NCBI GenBank assembly: GCA_030704615.1
Contig: CM060734.1
Coordinates: forward strand, 57,040,001 to 57,104,000
Source: Takakia lepidozioides
Taxonomy: Eukaryota > Plantae > Bryophyta
Length of the DNA stretch: 64,000 nucleotides
Direction: 5' to 3'
Part shown: positions 1 to 12,790 of the stretch, piece after piece
How positions within the stretch are numbered: the first letter of the stretch is position 1
Layout of the letters: every line of letters starts with the position of its first letter
Notes under the pieces: generated by a model
Seen by the model: only the letters and a program-made list of their open reading frames with translations
What the model was told of the DNA's origin: nothing
The model's database searches: none
Made by a program: the position numbers and the translations under genes

Positions 1-585
1 GATCTCTTTGCCCTTGTCAAGAGCTCCAAGTGTGGCACATGCATTGAGAATGGAAATAAACGTGACCTTGTCAGGCATCATCCCTTCCTGTATCATTTGC
101 TCATAGATCTCCAACGCCTCCCTACCACACCCATTCTTGGCATATCCTGTGATCATTATTGTCCATGTAAACAAATTTCGTTCAGTCATGTTCTTAAACA
201 CTTGGTGTGCATCAACTATGCTCCCACACTTGGCATATATGTTGACAAGGGTGTTGAGTAGAAAAATATTTGGCTTGAATCCACTTTGGGTCATTTGGGC
301 ATGCACCCGCTTCCCCCCTGCTAGGTCTTTCAGGTTGCCGCACTCCTGCAAGAGACAGACATAAGTATTGAAGTCTACCCAGAGGTCTGGTTGGTTCAAA
401 ATGTGCAGCGCCTCTTTTAGTCGTCCTGCCTTACATAATTTCCTCACATCCCCACAAGTGCTAGAAGAGTTCTTGTGTGATTCCTCGTACGGTCCTCTTT
501 GAAAAGTCGTGATGGTGGAGATACTATTTCTGCCAGCAGTGTAATGTCCAACAAACAACACTGCCTGATTCAATGCTGGAATCCT
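1..585 (-). CDS. PLS-class pentatricopeptide repeat (PPR) protein, N-terminal part; runs off the left edge, 5' end uncertain
   Basis: Open minus frame ...LCKAGRLKEALHIL..TYVCLLQECGNLKDLAGGKRVHAQM..NTLVNIYAKCGSIVDAHQVFKNMTERNLFTWTIMITGYAKNGCGREALEIYEQMIQEGMMPDKVTFISILNACATLGALDKGKEI, with no stop before base 1. Confidence 0.9.
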
Positions 586-1889
586 GCAAGGTCAAACTCT
601 TATACATCAAATTCACATACCATCTGTATACTTCAAAGGAACACCACTCCTTGCACACGTCTACATTTTTCGGCCTTACAAGAGAAATGCATCGAAAATA
701 TACTGCACCAATTCCTTGGAAGATGCAAATCATCATCAAAGCAATACCCATTGTGCTTTTGGCCTGGAGCTCCATGGTGTATATGAACATTACATCTATC
801 ACCAGATTGTGTTCGACCTTCTATCATGTCAGCTACCTCTGCTTTCACCCAAGGAGGGGCTGACCAACACTCAATCCAAAGGACCTCCTTTGTGCACTTA
901 TCTCTTAAGTCTGGTGATCTTGGACTTTCCTGTGGCAACCAGCTGAGAAACCTTAGATCAAATAGACACCCTTACAACCACCAAACCTCCAACCATTCCA
1001 AACAAGGTAAGAAAGACTGCTCACCTTATCAAACCTGTTGTCCCAGCACTGTAAGTAATATGAGAATAACTCCTGCCAGAGCATTTCTATCATTACTTGG
1101 GCTGCATGCAGAACTCCAAAACATGAGGAATCTCTCTCTCTATAGGCCCACCCCCCACCCCCTGTGCTGCCCTTTCGCAAGTACATTCACATGCATCACA
1201 TCGGTCGGATTGGGGAGTAGTGCGGCAGTGCTGAATATCCACAAACGATAGATAACATGATGCCTACACCTTTCCTTTATCAACATGTGATCGGATTGTT
1301 CGTTGTCTATGCTCGCGAGTTTGTGAGCGGAGTTTCCATACCATCGTCGATAGAAACTGTTAGAGAGTGTCGATATCCATGCTCTCTTCGGTAAAGTTAT
1401 GCCAAGTCCAACCGACCTCCTTTCTCTCTGAACTCATGTGTTCCAAACTACTCTGATTATAGATACAAAGTCTACCTCTATATATAACACTCAGAAGATT
1501 TTGGCTGGAGCTGAAAACACTATGAACACAACATAGCTGATTTGAACAATATCATCGACCATATCTGGAATTGGATCTGTGCCATGTGCTCAATATGCTG
1601 GAACATTCCAGTAGTGTCAGAAGCTAGATTAAGAGCTACCAGTCAAATGATTATTGTAGTTTAAAAAATGGTGTATAGCTGCCATTTCAGTGAGCTTTTC
1701 AGTGAAAGAACACATAACTAAATCTACCTATCTGAGAAAGTGCTGCATGTCACCTTTATAGAGAGGCGGAGGCTCCAAAGAATCCAGAGAGAACTGAAAT
1801 GTACAGTAGTAACAAAGGAATAACACCTCTGATATAACATTCACCCAGCAGAGATGAAAAATAAATCCAGCATTCCAGGTATCTAACAA

Positions 1890-2061
1890 GCAAGAAGAAG
1901 TGTTCTTCAGTTTCAATTTCCTGGTTGCGCCCTGTGCAAGCTGGACATAGGCGGTCCTCCCACTGCAGGTTTTCCCATCTGCCGGTCTCTATTCGTAGGC
2001 AAGGTTCTATCATCTCGGAGAACCAAGAATGTTTCTCGACGGAAATGGAGCTTTGTCGTGA
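1890..2061 (-). mobile_element. Internally deleted fragment of non-LTR retrotransposon ORF2 C-terminus (RTEX/CR1-like)
   Basis: LRIETGRWENLQWEDRLCPACTGRNQEIETEEHFFL; same family as 29352-30247. Confidence 0.85.
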
Positions 2062-2650
2062 GAAAGAGAAAGGCACCAAGGAGGACAAATTGCGTCTTGC
2101 TGTAGTGTACTTGTTGGCTGCTGAAACTACACCCCCATCTGAAGTGGAGGCTGTGGAGTCAGTGCTCGCAGAGGTGGATCTTTCCGCTTATCTGTATGTG
2201 AAAGGGACAAAACCATTGAATATTCCGCTCTCTTCAGCACAAGCTGCTAATGGAAGCAACCTTGGTGTGTGGCATGAGAGAATCTATGAACTGGCCCTGA
2301 GTGCGGTGACTGCTGGAGTGAAAAGTCTCCTGTCAGGTGGGGTGGCTCTCACAAGAGCAGTGGAGGGCTTGATGGAGGTTAGACTGGCGCCTGACAACAG
2401 AATCATATCTTCTCTTTGATCCCAAAGCACCTAAGGTAATTCAGGTTGCAAGGGGCCCTTCAAGGAGGCCATTGTGTTTATGATTGGTGGGGGCAATTAC
2501 CTTGAGTAGGGCAGTCTGCAGGAATTTGTACAACGACAGCAGCCTGCCAAAAATATTATCTATGGCACCACTGAAATTTTGTCTGGGAGAGAGTTTTTGG
2601 ATCAGCTTGCTGTGCTTGGGCAGAAGATGGGGGTTGGAGGAACCACTGCA
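2062..2650 (+). pseudogene. SLY1: SEC1-family SLY1 C-terminal fragment (copy 1), frameshifted
   Basis: KGTKEDKLRLAVVYLLAAE..VTAGVKSLLSGG..ALTRAVEGLME, then GPFKEAIVFMIGGGNYLE* and IIYGTTEI; N-terminus absent. Confidence 0.85.
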
Positions 2651-3289
2651 AGGTCTATGTCTTAGTTAAAGTAGGGTTTGTTTTACCATACATCTCCCTC
2701 TCCCTCTGCCCTGCCACTGCTGGATTCAGCAACATGATCTTGGGTTGCAAGGTTCACACTGTAGGTCAGTGTATTGAGTTGCTCAAACATAGCAGCTATT
2801 AATCTAGCAACAAGATGAAATTTGGAGGTGAAGGCCTATATGCCCAAACCTGTCTTTGTAGGAGTCAATAGTTTTAGTCCTTGTGATTCAGTGGAAGTCT
2901 AGCATGATTGCTTGACTAGGAGGCATCCCTTGTCAAGAAAATGTTGTACTGGAAAAAAGCTTGTTGGGTTGTGTATACTTCTTTGTTTCAGACCTTCATT
3001 GGGTCTGTCAAGGATTGTGATGTGTCGACTACCTTTGTCTGCTTTCTGGCTTGGTCTGGATTGTAATGAAGCCACAGGTTGTGGGGGTCATACTTCTTCT
3101 ACCTTGGATGTGCCTATGGTTATCTCCATTTGAACATTGCTTATTACTCAAATTCGAGTTCCCCATTGTTTTAAACAGCTTTTGTTGGAACTTCAAAAGG
3201 TAACCAGTTTAATTACTTAAGGCCCAGGTTGGGAGGTACTGATGATGTGCTTCTGATTTTGGATGCAGCCAAAGTCCCAGGAATGCATC

Positions 3290-3575
3290 GAAGCCTCACA
3301 CTGACATATGATGACTTGTCACAAGCAACCTTGGGGATGGCATCATGGGTCTACTGTTTAAGGGGTCTCTTGCTGATGGAATAGCAATCATAGTGCGCAG
3401 GATACAGAGTGGAGTGCTCAAGAAGAAGCATGTCAATGGTGTAGAGCTGCAGGCACTATTTAGAGTTCAGTACACAAACTCTTTGGCATTACGGAGTCAT
3501 GTCAAAGCTAAACAGTCGACTCTTCTTGTTTATGGCTACGTGGTTAATGGTTCCCTTGAGCAGGCACTACATGGT
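3290..3575 (+). pseudogene. Receptor-like kinase fragment (subdomains I-V), degenerate
   Basis: TYDDLSQAT..FKGSLADGIAIIVRRI..LLVYGYVVNGSLEQALHG followed by a GTGAGT donor. Confidence 0.6.
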
Positions 3576-3729
3576 GAGTCTTTCAATTTGCCTTGGTTTT
3601 TTTGTGTGATTTGCATGAGGACTTCCCCTCCTCTTCTACTACCTTGTGTCGATAGAGGCTTTTTTGTGGGCCTCCCCATATGGTTCTTGGCCATCCAAGG
3701 TCTCCCATTTCAGCTGACACATTTAGGAA

Positions 3730-4009
3730 GTTGCACTCCCCTGGAGTTTGTCTCCCTTTCATTTGTGTTCTCAAGGCATGTGCCAGCCTGGCAGCCCTGG
3801 AAAAGGGCAGAGAGGTCCATGCTGCCATTGAAAGCTGGAATCGTGCCAACTATCATTCTGGACACTACTCTGGTGGACATATATGCCAAGTGTGGGAGCA
3901 TGAAGGATGCAAAGGCAATGTTCAACAGTATGGCTGAGCGAAATTTAGTCTCTTGGAATGTGATGATCGCAGGGTCTGCCCAGCATGGATGTGGGATTGA
4001 GGCATTGGA
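3730..4009 (+). pseudogene. PLS-type PPR fragment, frameshifted
   Basis: FICVLKACASLAALEKGREVHAAI / TLVDIYAKCGSMKDAKAMFNSMAERNLVSWNVMIAGSAQHGCGIEALE. Confidence 0.85.
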
Positions 4010-4335
<326 letters not shown>

Positions 4336-6199
4336 AGATCTGCCTCTGTTACAGCTGTAAATAATTCTCTAACCCTTCTCATTGCCCAAAACGATGTGGG
4401 AACCATAGGGAATCGGCCTAATAGGTCCAAACAATCCCCTACCCTACGCCCTTAACACATAACCCCTAGCCTCTAGGTCCTAGGTTCAAACCCCTCCTAG
4501 AGCTAAAATGACTTGTCAAACAGCGGATGAAAAGTTGCATTTATCATCCCCTGGTCATCCATCCTACATCCATCCCATGGATGGAATACTGCTTATTTCA
4601 TCCACCATCATCCATCCAACAAAAATCCTTACCCAAGGCCACGTGTCAAAGATCCGGTGTCTCTCTCGTTTGAAACCCCAAAAGCCTTGGTTCGATTTCT
4701 ATGGACTTTCCTCCCTCTTTCTCTTGCCGAGGTGTCTCGTATTTCCCCGCAAAGCCATCTTGGCTCTAAGCCATCTCTTATGACTCTAAACGATGACACC
4801 GAAGTGACCTTGGCAGCCCCTTAGAATTCAAAACTAGCCACCAAAAACTTCCTCCAATGCATCATCCATAAGCTTCAAGCTATATTAGTCTCCCCTAAAG
4901 AATTAAATGGTCAACCCCTTAATATGAAGGACCGCTGGGCAACGGAAGATGCTTTTACCCAGCGGTCGTTGGGCTTGCTAGATGCGACGTGGCTCCATAT
5001 CAGTGGCTCCGGCACGGGACCCGCACCCTGGTCCAAACCTTTAACCCGCTGGTAAAGGCTTAAGCGAGCAGATTCCCCCCCTTGGGAATTTGAACGGGCA
5101 CCCTCCCCGGGACTGTCGCGCAGATCGACAGCCGTGGAACGCCAGTCAACTCACTCCCTCTTTGTCTCTTGGTTCGTGCTTAGTACCATGCAATAGCCAC
5201 CCACCTTGGCTATAGACTTAGCCATTAAACCATCATCATGGCTCATCTTTAGCCCATCATGCATGAAAAAAAAAACCCCACCCATCCCCATAGCATGTCA
5301 ACCATCTTTGGGTTTCACTAACCCTTGGGGTTAGTCAAACAACACCAAAATAAACATGCTAGTCATTGAGACTAAAGCCCGCCCCCCACCCTAAGCTTAC
5401 ATGAGCTAGGGGGGTCTAAACTTGATGGAATTACACACAAAAAAATGGATTGGGAAGCTAATTAAATTTCCAGCGACATGGAACCAAGCAAAAAAATGAC
5501 ACAAAATATTCCTTCTTTCTACTTTCTTGATTTCCTCTCTCTTCCATGAGGGAAAATAAAGCCTAGTGAAGAGGACTAGAGAATGTTAGATCTAGTTGCT
5601 CTAGATTCTTTTTCTCTTACTTTCAAATGATAAAAGAAAACTAACACCTCTATTTATTCCAAGCTTGAACTAGCTAATATTTGCATGGTTAGTCTTGGAG
5701 GTCAAGGGTTAGTACTTCATCACTTTGAACAACATCAAGGCCTATTGGCCAACATAAAGAGAACCCAAACTCACATTAGAGCCACCCCACTACATGGTTA
5801 GCACTCATAGGTTAGATCTTTACACTCTTAAGCCAAAAGACAAAACATAGATAAAAAAGACAACTCCTTGGGCCTCTTGGCCACTAAGGAGAGTTGGTCT
5901 CTTTCTTTCCCAAGCTCCTACTACTCCTTGGGTAGTTAGGACCAAGCTAAGATTAGATCTAAGTTTCCAACAACAATGGATAAGCAAGAGACAAGCAAAA
6001 AACACACACACATGAACAAGGGCTAAGCCTCTCTTCTCTCCACTCAAAGGGGGTCACTTGGCTAAGTATGCTACCAAAACTTGAAGGGAAGGGGTAGTGC
6101 TCACCTCTCCTATGAGGCTTATTGCTCCTACCTCCTCTTCACTCCTCGAGGGCTCACCACACTCTCAAATGACAAAACCTCTTTGCTTTCTGGGGAAGA

Positions 6200-7768
6200 C
6201 GTTCTCTTTTTCTTTGGGTGGCTACAAATTACTTGACTAAATGGATAAAAGTCTGTCATTTGGTTACCAAGGATTCTGATTCAGTAGCACAAGTCTTCTT
6301 TGAGAAGATTGTGATGAGGCATGGTTGTCCTCTTAAAATCCTTACTGATAATGGCCGGGAATTTTGCAATGACCTCTTGAATATCATATGCTTTAATTTT
6401 GGGATCAAGCATGTGACTACAGCCCCCTACCATCCTCAAACCAATGGTTTGACGGAGCGTTTCAATCAGACTTTCTGCCGAATGTTGGAAAAGAATGGCG
6501 AGATTGCAAGGGAGTGAGACATCTTCATTCCTCCTTTGGTCTTCGCTTATCGCACTGCTGTTCATGCTAGCACGAGGAAATCTTCTTTTGAGTTGTTTTA
6601 TAGTAGACGATGTCTCTCATTTGCATCATATTCCACTGATTTCCACTGTTTCTGAGCCCGCGGACTTGACTGATTTTGTAGAGAGTCCATGCTAGGCACA
6701 TGGTTTCGGTTAATGAAGCTAAGGCCAACATTGTTTTTGCTCAAGCAGTATAGGCTAGGAATTTTAACAAATGAGTTAAGTACACAGATCACTTCCATGA
6801 GAAACAGACTGTGTGCCCGTCTTCAACATGGACCGCATGCATGCAAATCTAAGGGGAAGATTGACGATCCTTATTTGTTGTACAAGTTGCTTCGTGAGAG
6901 ACGTGCTTTGATTTTGCCGCATGGACACAACACGGAAGCACATGAGGAGCCAGTGACACTTTTAGATTTGATTCATTCGGAGCTGGTTTTTGACTTGACA
7001 TGCATCAATGTTGAGGGGCGATAGGTGGAACTCACTCCTCGTGGTACAGATGTTATGGAGGCTTCGGTTTTATAGGAGTCTTTTTTGAGACTTAGACCGA
7101 TTTTCATTTTCAGATTGTAGTAGTTGTTTTGTAATTTAGTTTTTAGACTTAACATGAAGTTCCAACTTGTCCATACATGTAAGGTTTTCCTTTGCATGGG
7201 TTTTGTCCCACTGGTTTTCCCATGAAAGGTTTTCCACCCTACGACGTTGGGGAACTTCATGGCGGGGTAAGATTATTATATTTTACCTCGCGGAGCTCAG
7301 ATTTTTAAGGGGGGGGAAGAAGCCTTCACATATGTGATGGCGCATGTTCTCATGGCCTGACTTTCAGCTTATTCATTACCTTCTGACAGGTTCATCCCAT
7401 GCCATTAGTATTTACGGCAGGAGACCGTTATATACAACCTGACCTGTATTTGTTTGAGGTTTATCCTAAAGCTTTGTGGCTTGCATCTGGACCTTTCATA
7501 GATTTACGGGCCAAATCTGTTTGTAATCTAGGTACCTGTGGCATGCTGCCACGTGGGGGTATTGCCTCACCCTGGGTTTTGGGTATAAGCTTGTTCCTGA
7601 CCTTGAGTCAAGGCCTTTCTTCTCGTATGTACAACCTGTACAGGCTTCTGGACGTGCTCTGTGAGCTTTGGACGTGTGTATGTTAGCTTTGCATATGTTG
7701 TATGTAGGATCTCTACATGTTCATCTCCTTTCTCGTGATGTAAAGCCCGTTCCTTCCGAGCTCTTACA
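6200..7768 (+). mobile_element. Ty3/gypsy LTR retrotransposon 3' remnant: integrase core, polypurine tract, putative 3' LTR (7333-7768)
   Basis: YLTKW..IVMRHGCPLKILTDNGREF..TTAPYHPQTNGLTERFNQT..LVFAYRT; purine tract AAGGGGGGGGAAGA near 7307-7320; TG...CA bounded segment with TATAA. Confidence 0.85.
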
Positions 7769-7930
7769 CCCCTAGTTTAATGTGTCCTTGTGAAGACGGA
7801 AAATCTCATTCAAGCACAAAACAAGCCTTCTCTTCACTAATTTTTACTTATGATATTATTTGATATGTTAATTTACTAGTTTTCTTGCACTCGGCACGGC
7901 CCTGCACGGAAGGGGCTACTGTACTGTGGA

Positions 7931-8099
7931 CACGTGGCCTTGACACACTAGATAAATACCCGTAATAATCACACTCTTATTATTATTTTAATGTTATATC
8001 ATATTATCCGAACCGTACGGACGGACACGTGGCGAATACGTACTCGCGTCATCGAGTCTTATTGTTTATAGACTGCTGTCAATGGGAGTAAGCCACGTG
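7931..8099. promoter_or_regulatory. Three G-boxes (CACGTG) upstream of the RVE-A pseudogene
   Basis: CACGTG at 7931, 8026 and 8094, two in GACACGTGGC context; conserved at 56022, 56090 and 56185. Confidence 0.6.
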
Positions 8100-8375
8100 T
8101 GCATTGTGGAGCTCTTCACCACGGTAGATTGTACATTGACTGCGAGGAGTTGAATAATTCGGGGTGATAAAAGTAGAGTAGTGTAGTTACCTGGTCTGCC
8201 GCACGTATGGTAGCGCAGCGATGGTGTTTGTGGATTGCTGCTTGCTTCCCGCCCCGAAAGCTTGGACCCGCTCTTCACCCTCACGGCAAGCTTTTCTCTT
8301 TGTGTGCAGCTTGAACGTATCCAGGATACTGAGCGTAGTCGTTTCTTCCCGACACCATTGCATATAACAGGTCAT

Positions 8376-10719
8376 ATGAATGCTCCAGGTTTGGAGATGT
8401 GAGGGGCGATGGTATCTACATCCTCTCTATCGGGCATGCCGGACATGGGGTCTGTGCAAGCAGCTGATGACAGCTCTAAGAAAATAAGGAAACCATATAC
8501 TATCACTAAGTGTAGGGGAAGCTGGACGGAGCAGGAGCATGACAAGTTCCTTGAAGCCTTACACTTGTGAGTTAGTCCCTTCTTTTTCTGTCTCTGCCAT
8601 GTGAATGTGATTACTCTTTTTGGTAAGGAAAGAGGACCAGAAGTTTTGGGTCACTCGTACTCAAGTGATAGCGACACTGGGATTCAGGTTTGATCGGGAT
8701 TGGAAAAAGATTGAGGCTTTTGTGGGTTCCAAGACTGTCATTCAGGTGCACATTCCCATGTTGTTGCCATTTTGCAAGTGATATATACCTTGCTCAGATC
8801 TTGAACCAGTTGTTGGAAATTCTCTTGTCATCAAGCCAGTCTTTGGGCCTAACTTCTTGTTAGTGAAAGAGCCTTAAGTGGAGTCCTGTACCAGTTGCAT
8901 TATTGCCGGTTGATCTCTACTACTGGTTTGTGAACAGGGGAAACCTCACTATAGGCATCTCTGAACAGGGCTTAAACGACGCAAGGGCACAAGCAACCCC
9001 TTTGCTAGTTGTTCATATAGGTAGGAACATCTAACAAGACTCAGGATTGGGTTGTGGGGTTACTTCTCAAGTGTTTGCACGCAGCTGACTTTTTGAGGAG
9101 TTTCGATTGGGTTGCAGATACGTAGTCATGCCCAAAAGTATTTTTTGAAGGTGCAGAAGAATGGCTGGAGAGCATGTACCCCCTCCACGTCCTAAGCGCA
9201 AATCTACCAATCCTTATCCTCAGAAGGCACCTAAATGTGGTATGTAGATCAAACTCATTCGGGTTGTTTTCAGTTTAGTACTTTGTTGTCATGATTAGCT
9301 TCGGAATTTGCGGGTTATTGCACAAGAGAGTTCTCAGCTAGTGAACACCCTTAGTAATACATACTATTTCGTCAAGTCCTTCAGGCAAGTTCTAATTGGT
9401 GGATGAAGGTGTGACACCCCCTTCCTCACCTAAGAGTCACTTGGATAGGGATTGTTGCCGTTCTGACGTCAAATATGGCTGTGGTATGGGCAGAACTAGG
9501 AGGGATGGGCATGATTGCTGGACGGAATTGGAGCAATAGCAGCAGTGGAAGTTCCCCAGGGAGTTGGCCCCAACAGATGCTCCCAGCTGGTCAAGTTTTG
9601 CAGGAGTCAGGTCCACGAGGTGTGACTCATTTTACCCAGAGGTGTGACTCATTTTACCCAGGTTTCTGTGGGTTGATGGTTTCTTCGTATATCTGGAAGA
9701 AGCTCCTTTGTTTAGTGGAGGTACTGGTTAATAACGAGTCTATTATCCTGGAATTATTGGCTTTGGATGGCTTTGCAGCTGCTCCTGACGCAGAGGTGTA
9801 CCATTTTATAGGCAGTGTATTTGACCCAGGCGTTTCGGGTCACCCTAGGAAGCTAAAGGAAATGTCTTCCATTGATCGAGAAACAGTACGTAGTCTCAAT
9901 CTTGTTTCTGCTTTGAATATTTATGTAGCTGCCTCTTTTAGACTAGGAGTGTGAATCTAGTGATTTGGCTGGTAACATTTCTTATTCGCTGCAGGACTAA
10001 AGTTTTGAAAGCCCATGATCAGTAGCAGGTGTGAGAGATCACTTCTGATCAACTTACACAGGCTGCACCTCAATAGGCTTGTAGATAATGGGCAGAAATT
10101 TTGTATTGACTAATTTTTCGCAACAAAGTGGTCAAAGATTGTAGAACAGTCAATCATGTTTCACGGACCTTTTGTTTCATTTGATGTACAGGTCATACTT
10201 TTGATGCGCAATCTGTCCATCAACCTTTCCAGCCCTGATTTTGAAGAACATGTAAAAGACCTTTACATATTTCTGTTTGGATGCTTATTTGTGCAGAATT
10301 GAATGCCTAAGAGCTTAAACAGTGTCATGATAGCATTAGGCTTCCAATGTTGAAATTCATTTGCTCTGAGAGCTTTGCAAGGGCTGTCTTTTCTTAGGCT
10401 GCAAGCCTCTTCAGCAAGAAGCAAGTATTGTAGAAGGTTGGTTACAGGCTTCATTGTGCATAGTTACTGAGTTCTCAGGTCTAAGAATCTCATGGATCTC
10501 ACTTCTTGCCTTTCTTCATCGTCATGGGCCCATCTCCTATCTCAAGGAAGGGCAGAGTTCTGGCGAAGTCATCAAGTCAAAGATCTCCTTTTGGTGATTG
10601 TCTTGTTGATACTTGTACATGTTGAATCAGCAGCAGTGCTAAGTAGGCCTCTTGTTTTGTTGACACAGAAACTGTTTTTGTCAGTGTATGACATATGTGG
10701 AATGGAAGCAAAGACCTGA
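8376..10719 (+). pseudogene. RVE: REVEILLE/LCL MYB (SHAQKYF) pseudogene, RVE-A
   Basis: Same exon structure as RVE-B, but with TGA at codon 9 (8400), a 2-bp deletion after VQKNG, TKCRGSW in place of TKSRESW, loss of F in PDFAE and a 22-bp tandem duplication over the exon-4 donor (9617-9660). Confidence 0.92.
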
Positions 10720-12593
10720 CAGTGTTGATGACGAGAATGGTGCCCCTGGTGCTGGTCCTCAATCTTGCTCGGTATGTTTATACTAAGTCGTTGCCAATCT
10801 GGACGTGTTTTCAATTGAAGCCCTCCTCCTAGTGGCAATGCAGCAAAATGTCCCTAGAAGGATAATTTACTCACTGCTGACAACATTTGATGCTTGTTGT
10901 GTGACATAACGACTTCATTCAGTGCTTGCTATGTCATGTCATGCTCAACAACCCAACGTTTTAAAGTCTGTTTTGAAATCTTCAACCTCACATGCAGCAG
11001 TCATAGCAGGGTGAATCTTTTGAGGTTTTCCGAGCTTGTAGGTTTCTGATTTGTTTTGCAGAGTGCATGTAGGGGGTACTTGACTGGGCGAGGTCACTCA
11101 TTTCTGTGCTGTGAATGGTACTCACAGGATGCAGGTCACATTGATCAGGGGCGATACAAGTGAACCAGAAGAGTGCAGACTTGGATCAATCCCATCAAAG
11201 GACTTTCATGTTGCAGAGGCCTTTGCACATGGCAGTGTGGATGCTCCCCCACAGCACAGATATCCCTTCGGTCGCGGAGGAGACATGGAAGTGTGATGGC
11301 GCGCGGGTCTACACTATCAAGGCCCGAGCTTACCCCCAGCTTCCCAAATCTTGGAACCAACATCTCTGGCACTGCCCCACCTCTTCGATTGCAAACACAA
11401 GCTACGGATTGGGTGCTATGCAGGGACTGGGTGTACATACGGCGTGAATTTCTGAGCCCATTTGCTTTGTCAAATCAAGATTTGTACTGAAGGCTCTCGA
11501 AATGGTTTTGTCAGGCAGAGAAGAGGCTCTTTCGCTTGGCTGTAGTGAAGAGTTGGGCGAGCGTTCCTTTTCAAAGTGCTTGTGTTCTTGTATAATATCC
11601 CAGAATGTCTGGATTTAGCCTGAAATGCTGGCTAAAGCTGCAGAGTGTGCAATATAGCTTGCGGGTTGTAGGCAACTTGAGAGGATTTCCTTCCCTCGTT
11701 GATGGAAGACAGCTCATGTAAATATTTTGGTGTAGATCATACTCATCAGGTCATTTCTGTGTTTGGGCAGTACTGTAGTCTCAGCACGGCTGTGTGACCA
11801 GCTTGGGGCTGGCAAGGAGCTCAGGGAGGAGCAAGAATGGGACTGGTCCAGCAGCTAGTGGTCCAGGCCTTTTTGTTAGAAACCATGGAATGCCGTTACT
11901 GCAATGATGGTGCAAGATGATGATGATGGTCTGCGAAGGTAGATACCATATCCAACTCTTCTCTGTAATCTGACGTTCAAAACTTATGTCACTAGCAGCC
12001 TCTGAGCACCAGCCTGACCAACACCAGGGTGCTGACAAGAAAATGATGGCCCCATGCTTGCAGTTGGAAAGACAAGTTTCTTCCAGAGCAGGCGGATCCT
12101 TATGGTTCACCACTAGGTTCATGGTACAAGTTGCACTTCATGCTCTGTTCACCTGTAGATTCTTGCAGGCTTCTGACTTGTACTTGTACATGACCATTTT
12201 CTGGAGCGGTGCCGCGGTGGGTTCTTCTCCTGTAAGATTTGAACCGAGCAGGGTCACCTAGGCCTTACGAAGAACCAAAAACTCCGTTCCCTGATATTAC
12301 AGGGCTAGTACAGTAATCTGTTTTCAAAAATACTCAACGAAGCGATATTATGGGTATCAGAATACAAATGCATAGACCTAATCGAGGACAGGCATACTGA
12401 ATAAACTCTTGCTTTAAGAAATCGCGAATCCACCCAAGATCCCCTCGTAGGATGCCAGATGACGCAGGGTCCGTTCAGCATCTGACTCAGGTAGCTGGCT
12501 TCCCATGCACCTTCACCATTATGGTCTTCACGCAGGCTGTATAACTATTAACGTGTGGCAGGCGACCTCCGACATCCTCCGCCTCTAACATAG

Positions 12594-12790
12594 AACTCCG
12601 AGGCTGGTAGCCCGAAAATCGGGGAACGCCCGCGGGCTGGGGCCTTCTGTTTCGTGAAGCACCGTTCGGATTTTTCTTGTCAAGCTGGGAGGATCTTACG
12701 TGATTCGTAAGATGCGTCCGACGCTGCAGCCTATTTTCCGAGTGGGGAGGGGTGTCAAATAACAAAGAAAAAATCTGAACGGTGCTTTAC
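12594..12790. mobile_element. 197-bp non-autonomous insertion with asymmetric inverted repeats and hairpins
   Basis: Absent from the paralogous copy near 51490; IRs at 12654-12678 and 12765-12790; hairpin ATCTTACG-TGATT-CGTAAGAT. Confidence 0.7.

Larger units (their letters stand above)
1460..3161 (+). repeat. Segmental block X, directly duplicated at 27750-30372 (X')
   Basis: Near-identical from TAGATACAAAG..TCTACCTCTATATATAACACTCA to CTCAAATTCGAGTTC; X' carries an extra 0.9-kb LINE insertion. Confidence 0.95.

Noticed and set aside
600-1450. Short ORFs upstream of the PPR gene
   Set aside because: No recognisable motifs; may contain PPR 5' exons or UTR, unresolved
4350-6200. Possible LTR or gag region of another retroelement
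   Set aside because: No recognisable domain, second copy or termini in the window
11781-12261. ORFs conserved with 51799-52279
   Set aside because: Conservation is explained by the recent inverted duplication; no motif support
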